From NCBI RefSeq assembly GCF_009914755.1, contig NC_060929.1: DNA of 64,000 bases; one strand, given 5' to 3'. Positions 58,162 through 64,000 of this stretch are shown in pieces. The notes beneath the pieces were generated by a model. That model was not told where the DNA came from and did not search any database. It was given only the letters and a program-made list of their open reading frames with translations. How positions within the stretch are numbered: the first letter of the stretch is position 1; every line of letters starts with the position of its first letter. The DNA is from the human T2T-CHM13v2.0 reference genome, Homo sapiens. Made by a program: the position numbers and the translations under genes.

Positions 58162-58788
58162 CTGTAATGAGGAAACCAAAATGACAAGGAAACTAATTAG
58201 TGCCACTTGAAACCACTGACGTTTCCATCTCCATCCCTGCACCAGATGTTGAACACATGGGCATGCTCTGCGTGGAGGAGCTTTTTGTATTTTGAGCAGT
58301 TGCACCATACAGAAGGCAGATGTGGTGCTGGCCATGCTGTGTGTGCACAGACAATGGGATGCATGGCAGACAATGAAGAAAATGCTAAACTCACAATGCA
58401 GGATGGATCTTCCTGTGCAGCCAATTAAAGGAAAAACAAACAAAACCCTTCAAACAGACACCCAAAAATAAGAGTATACAGAAAATATCTAGGTAGGGCA
58501 TTTATCTTGTGAACATAAACATTGAAAGATAAAGCAGATTACAGATACAAAGTCAGCATAGCTTTACTTGGAATTCCTTTCTCATTCTTGAATCAAATAA
58601 GCCCATAGTTATATTAGGATAAGTTAAAGAAAAGTTAGAGCATGGGATTAGCATGAAGGCCCAAGTTATATACTGCTTAAGCTATTCTACTTTTAAATTT
58701 ATTTGTAGGCTCTCAGAAGAATGCCAAACAATTTAAAAGACCACTCGTTATTCAAAAAGAATTGATTATACAATTTTACAAATATTAG

Positions 58789-59235
<447 letters not shown>

Positions 59236-62200
59236 TTAACACTGCAAGTGAAATGAAGTGAAGTGAGGAAAGTAAACAAACAAAAAACAAAAAGGAAACA
59301 GCCTGGCATTCTACAGGTTACAGCTCATAGAAAGGAAGAGGTTAGTCTGAACAGCACCAAATGTAGTGAGACACACTCGGTGATTCATAGTCCATCTAAG
59401 AAGCCCAAATTCCCAAATTTACCTTCTAGAGAATACTAGAATGCACAACTTTTTCTCATGCCCTCCTCTCTTGCTAGGCTATCTGCCTTAAGAAACAAGA
59501 GGCAAAGGTTCCCATCTGCTGGTGTAAGTCAGTCACCTTTATTGTCATCAATATTAATAAAGGCTTAATCCTGCAGGGCCTATGCAACAGGAATTGCAGA
59601 AGGCTTCCTGATCACAGGTATTCACAGTCGAAAATAAACACAGGGACATGGACACAGCTCAGGATGTGCAAAACTATCTTAATACACAGTGGCATTACTG
59701 TAATTATTTATGCAGAAGTAAATGCTTTTCTGGAACTGAAAATAGGGGCAAATGGTAGCCAGCCACCAGGAAAAGAAACTTGGAGAGTGTAGTTTCCTGA
59801 CAGTGAATGCTGGTAAGATGGAACTGTTTTCCTGTCAAACCAGAAAAATTTCATGGGGAATGTGTGGGCTTCAGGAACAGGGACAATGTGAAAAGTAGAA
59901 AGCAAGGCCAAGCTGAGGGGTGCTGACGGGATGAGGCACACTGAACCCCTGTCAGCATTTTGGAAAATAATGGAAGGTAGAAATGGAAAGAGTAAAGCAC
60001 GAAAGATCATTGAGAAGAACAAAACATAAAAAGGCAACAGGGAGTGGGATGATCTATCTTTACCAAATACAGTGGAAAACTGGAACTTTATGAGAAATCA
60101 GGAAACTTCCACAGAGCTCCAGAGACAAAATAACTCCATGAGAGTTAGATGGCAGACTCATCTCCAGGAGTTGGTGCTTCATCTTGACTATTCTCTGGAG
60201 CCCCTGAGATTCGAGGAGCTCCTCATATTTCAGTATGGGGTCTGCATCTCCCCAGACAGGGCAGTTTAGCAGCAGGAAGAGCCCATAGAACAAACAGCAA
60301 CTAGAGGACGCTGGATTGCAACAATTCAAATGAGAGATACTCCAACCTAGAAAACGGCGATGGTGTTGGAAAGAAGGAGAAGAAGTGGTGGAGATGGAGC
60401 TTGGTATAGTGAAAGTACAATATGGCAACTGTGTGACTGTATAGAAAACAAAACAAAAACAGTGGAGTCCAAAGTCAGCCTCTTAACTGAAAGTGGAAGG
60501 CAGAAGACACTCTTACTTCCAGGGAGAGATAGTTGATGTGTAGGGGGTGAAGGAGCCTCCGGAGAGTCAAGAACCAACTGGGCAAGCAGTTTAGTTTGTC
60601 TAAACTTACACATTTGAGCGTAGCCAATGGAACTGAACAGTTATCACTCTTCCTCATCTTTTCCACATTTAAGATAACACAGAAACGTAAGGTTTTCCTC
60701 TTTAGGTGGTAACTATAGTCTCCCAGGGTCCTATTCTCAGAGCTCAGGGCCACTGGACATTCCTACACGTAGTAGGGGAAGGGAAAGGACCTTCTAATTA
60801 AGAGATCATGGCCTCTAGATAGGAGAGACAAGACAAATTTGAGAATACAACAGATGAAAAGAATTTGATCTTAGGAAGTACGTGCAAATGTGTCGAGTTC
60901 CAATAAGTAAAATTAATATGTGTGTTGGTTCATGGAGTATTCCAGGAGAAAATTGACACTTGTTTTGAGAACATATTTTGAGGAAGTCAAGAAAACTCAG
61001 AATATCAGAACTCTCAGCATTTAGTTAAAATATCTATGTGTAGCTCACTGTGGGTAGAAGGAGAAGTAGGCTATCTCCATTTCTAAGCTGATTCACCAGC
61101 ATTTAAAAGGCATGGACTTGTTAGAAAACTTGATCCTAATTTCAGCTTTCAACAACCCCTCTCCTAAAAACAACAACAAAAAAATGGGTATGGAAGGCAG
61201 AGGGAAACCTTACCAAAAATGTTTATAAAACCCCTGACTTTTAATAAAAAGCACAGCAACTGAGCTACCATTTCCCCAAAGCAAAATAAACCATAGCACA
61301 CAAATCCTTTCTGTTATTTGCTGACAGCAGGCCACTCCTGAAAATGCTCAGCATGTTATTATTGTAAAAATCTACCGCAGGGTAACCCGTGCATGGAACT
61401 TTCAGCCAGTGTTAATAAATTGTCTACTGAGCTGCATTTTAAGGTTGTCAATAACCTGCCTTGTTTTTTTCTCTTTCTCCTATAGTAGTCCATGAAACAA
61501 GCCACACCAGGATCTGCTGGCGTGTCACCCTCTGAAATTGCAGCCTCCCCATTGAGAGAGGTCAGAGGGAAATAGAAATTACTAGGCTAACTCTGTCTCT
61601 TTGTGTCTGGGTTTTCACTTAGGAATTCACCCTGGAAGAGACTGTTCAGAGACAAAGTGCTTGGAAGCCTGTAAGTATGGATCCTACACAATTGTGAGAA
61701 AGTGTTTTCCTCTGACCCTCTCCCTGCCCCCAGCCCAACTAACTCATGCCCCTGAGAGAAGCCCCTCTTATGAAGCTATACAAAAAACAATGAGGTTGGA
61801 AGTCAGTTACCTTGGTATCTGCTGGTTAAGGGTTTTAAAATTAATTGTGGATAAAATATCTACACAATGGGCCAGCAGTTGGTCCCCTTTCTCTAGTCCC
61901 CAACACACTGCAGACTTTTAGCAAAGAATGAGCTACAATGTTTTTCAAATGCTATTGGCTCTTGAGTGTCTCTACTGTGTTAAAGCATTGCAAGTCACAG
62001 ATGTACCTCATGATGTGTTAATAATTAAGATTTTAATTTTGCCCATGACTGCTTATTCTCATTTTGTATTTAAAAGTCAATTAATGACCTAGCACTGTTT
62101 CTCTATAAATTATCCACTTTTTTTCACAAATCTAGTCTCTTATGAAAATAAAGACCTTTTATAATTCCATATGGACTAGATTCTCAGCACTATATCATGC

Positions 62201-62574
62201 AATAAAGTGTTCTTTCTATTATAAATTATAAAATGCATAAATTATGTTCCATTCTGGTTAGATCCATGCTAGTTGCTCACTGCAATCTCTGTTAACCTGA
62301 ACCAATCAGGGCCTCTTCTGAACTATTTTCTTCTTGCTTCACTCTAAATGATCAGCCCTCTACTAGGCCATACTGCTATAAATTTTTATGGCAACAGGGA
62401 AACTGCACGTACATTAAGTCTACCATAATATTTAATTCAAGCCATTTAGGAAGAAAAATAACTTGTGAAGAACATCAGTTTGGCTCACCACAGGATTCAG
62501 CAAACATACTGATGAAGACAAATAATCACTTAATAAAAACCATTGAGCCCTGGGACTCTTAACTTTGAGAATGC

Positions 62575-63300
62575 ATTGGACAGGCTCTAACATGTTCCCC
62601 GTGATCCCCAGCTCCTAGAATTCACACCTTGCGTAATCTCCTCCTATTGAATACGAATGGGACCTGTCACTGGCTTCTAACCAACAGAATATGTGAAAGA
62701 TTTTGGAATGTCACTTCTGTCATTATGTTACATAGATTGTAATACCCTAATTTCAAGAGAACTTTCTCCCTTGTTGGCTTTGAGGAAGCAAGCAAAAAGG
62801 TGAGAAGGACCCAGTTGTCAAGGAATTGAGGGCAGCCTCTGGCTAACAGCCAGCAAGAAACTGAGGCCCTCAGTCTGACATCCCACAAGGAAATGAAGGC
62901 TGCCAACAACCACATGATCTTGGAGGCAGGTCTTTCTCTAGCTGAGCCCTGATGACATCACAGCTAGGGCCTCTATGTTGATTTCAGCCTTGTGAGAACC
63001 TGAAGCTGTGCCCAGATTAAAAAACTCATAGACACCATGAGCAAATAAACACCTGGTGCTTTAAATGCCTAAATCTGTGGTAATGTTATTATATAACAAC
63101 TATTAACAGACCGTGGTACATGGGAGTGCAGTGCTACTGTAAGAGGTTGGAATGTGAAAGTGGCTTTGAGACCACGGAATGGCAGGAAGCAGAATAATTT
63201 TGAGGAGCACATTAAAGAAAATCTAAATCACCTTGAACCATCCATTAGTAGAAATCTGGACTTAAAGGACATGGCCAGTAAGGGTTTAGAGGAAAATGGG
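62575..63300 (+). mobile_element. MLT1E/F-like LTR (to ~63108) followed by an MLT1-int fragment
   Basis: gggacctgtcactggcttctaaccaacagaatatg...gccagcaagaaactgaggccctcagtc, then tggtac...atgtgaaagtggctttg. Confidence 0.75.
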
Positions 63301-63319
63301 ATAAAGAACTAAAACTGAA

Positions 63320-64000
63320 CATCAAAACAGATGGTCTTCCCACCACACACACAAAAAAGAAAAATTTGTGACGTGATGCATGTGCCAATTGGTTCAATTT
63401 AGCCATCCACAATGTATGCATATTTTAAACAACATTTTGTACATGATAAATATTTACAAATTTCATCAAAAATAAATTAGTTATTGAAAAAGACAAAAAC
63501 ACAATTAGAAAAACAGGCAAAATATTTGAATAGACATTTCTATAAATAAGATACACTAATGTCCACTAAGCACATGAGAAGATGCTCAACAATATTAGTC
63601 ACTAAGGAAATTCAAATCAAAACCACAATGAGATACCAGTTCATACCTACTAGGATGGATAAAATTAAGGAAAAACAAAAGTAAATAAGAAGAATGCAGA
63701 GAAATTGGAACTCTCATGCGTTGCTGTTGGGAAAGAACATTGGTGAAGTCTCTTTAGAAAGCAGCATGGTGTTTCCTCAAAAAGATAAACATAGAATTAA
63801 CATCCAATGCAGCAATTTCACTCCTAGATATACAGTATACACAAAAAAGTTAAAACAGGGACTTAAATGGATACTCATATGCCAATATTCAGTACAGCAT
63901 TGACAATAGTCAAAATATTGAAAATATACCAAGTGTCCACTGATGAAAATAATGGATAAACAAAATGTGGTATAGCCATACAACTGAATCTTATTCAGCC
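63320..64000 (+). mobile_element. L1M fragments (3' UTR piece, then ORF2 3' end running out of the window)
   Basis: aaatcaaaaccacaatgagatacca...ccaagtgtccactgatga...tggataaacaaaatgtggtata. Confidence 0.8.

Overview
Human (primate) genomic DNA covering part of SEMA5A (semaphorin-5A) on the minus strand. Six GT-AG coding exons (148, 226, 219, 171, 156 and 48 nt; probably exons 16-21, numbering from memory) splice in frame into the thrombospondin type-1 repeat region and juxtamembrane linker. One intron spans 41.5 kb. An intronic 33-bp inverted repeat matches MIR4636. The rest is intronic repeat: about ten Alus including a very young AluYa4/Ya5-type copy, several L1s, a complete THE1 MaLR provirus, solo LTRs, MIR/L2 remnants and microsatellites. 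I found no convincing new biological system. The most unusual structures are a scrambled L1MA element, a ~340-bp local templated insertion, an 18-bp degenerate array next to an exon donor, and several small template-switch scars. Repeat subfamily names come from recalled consensus sequences, and their boundaries are approximate.
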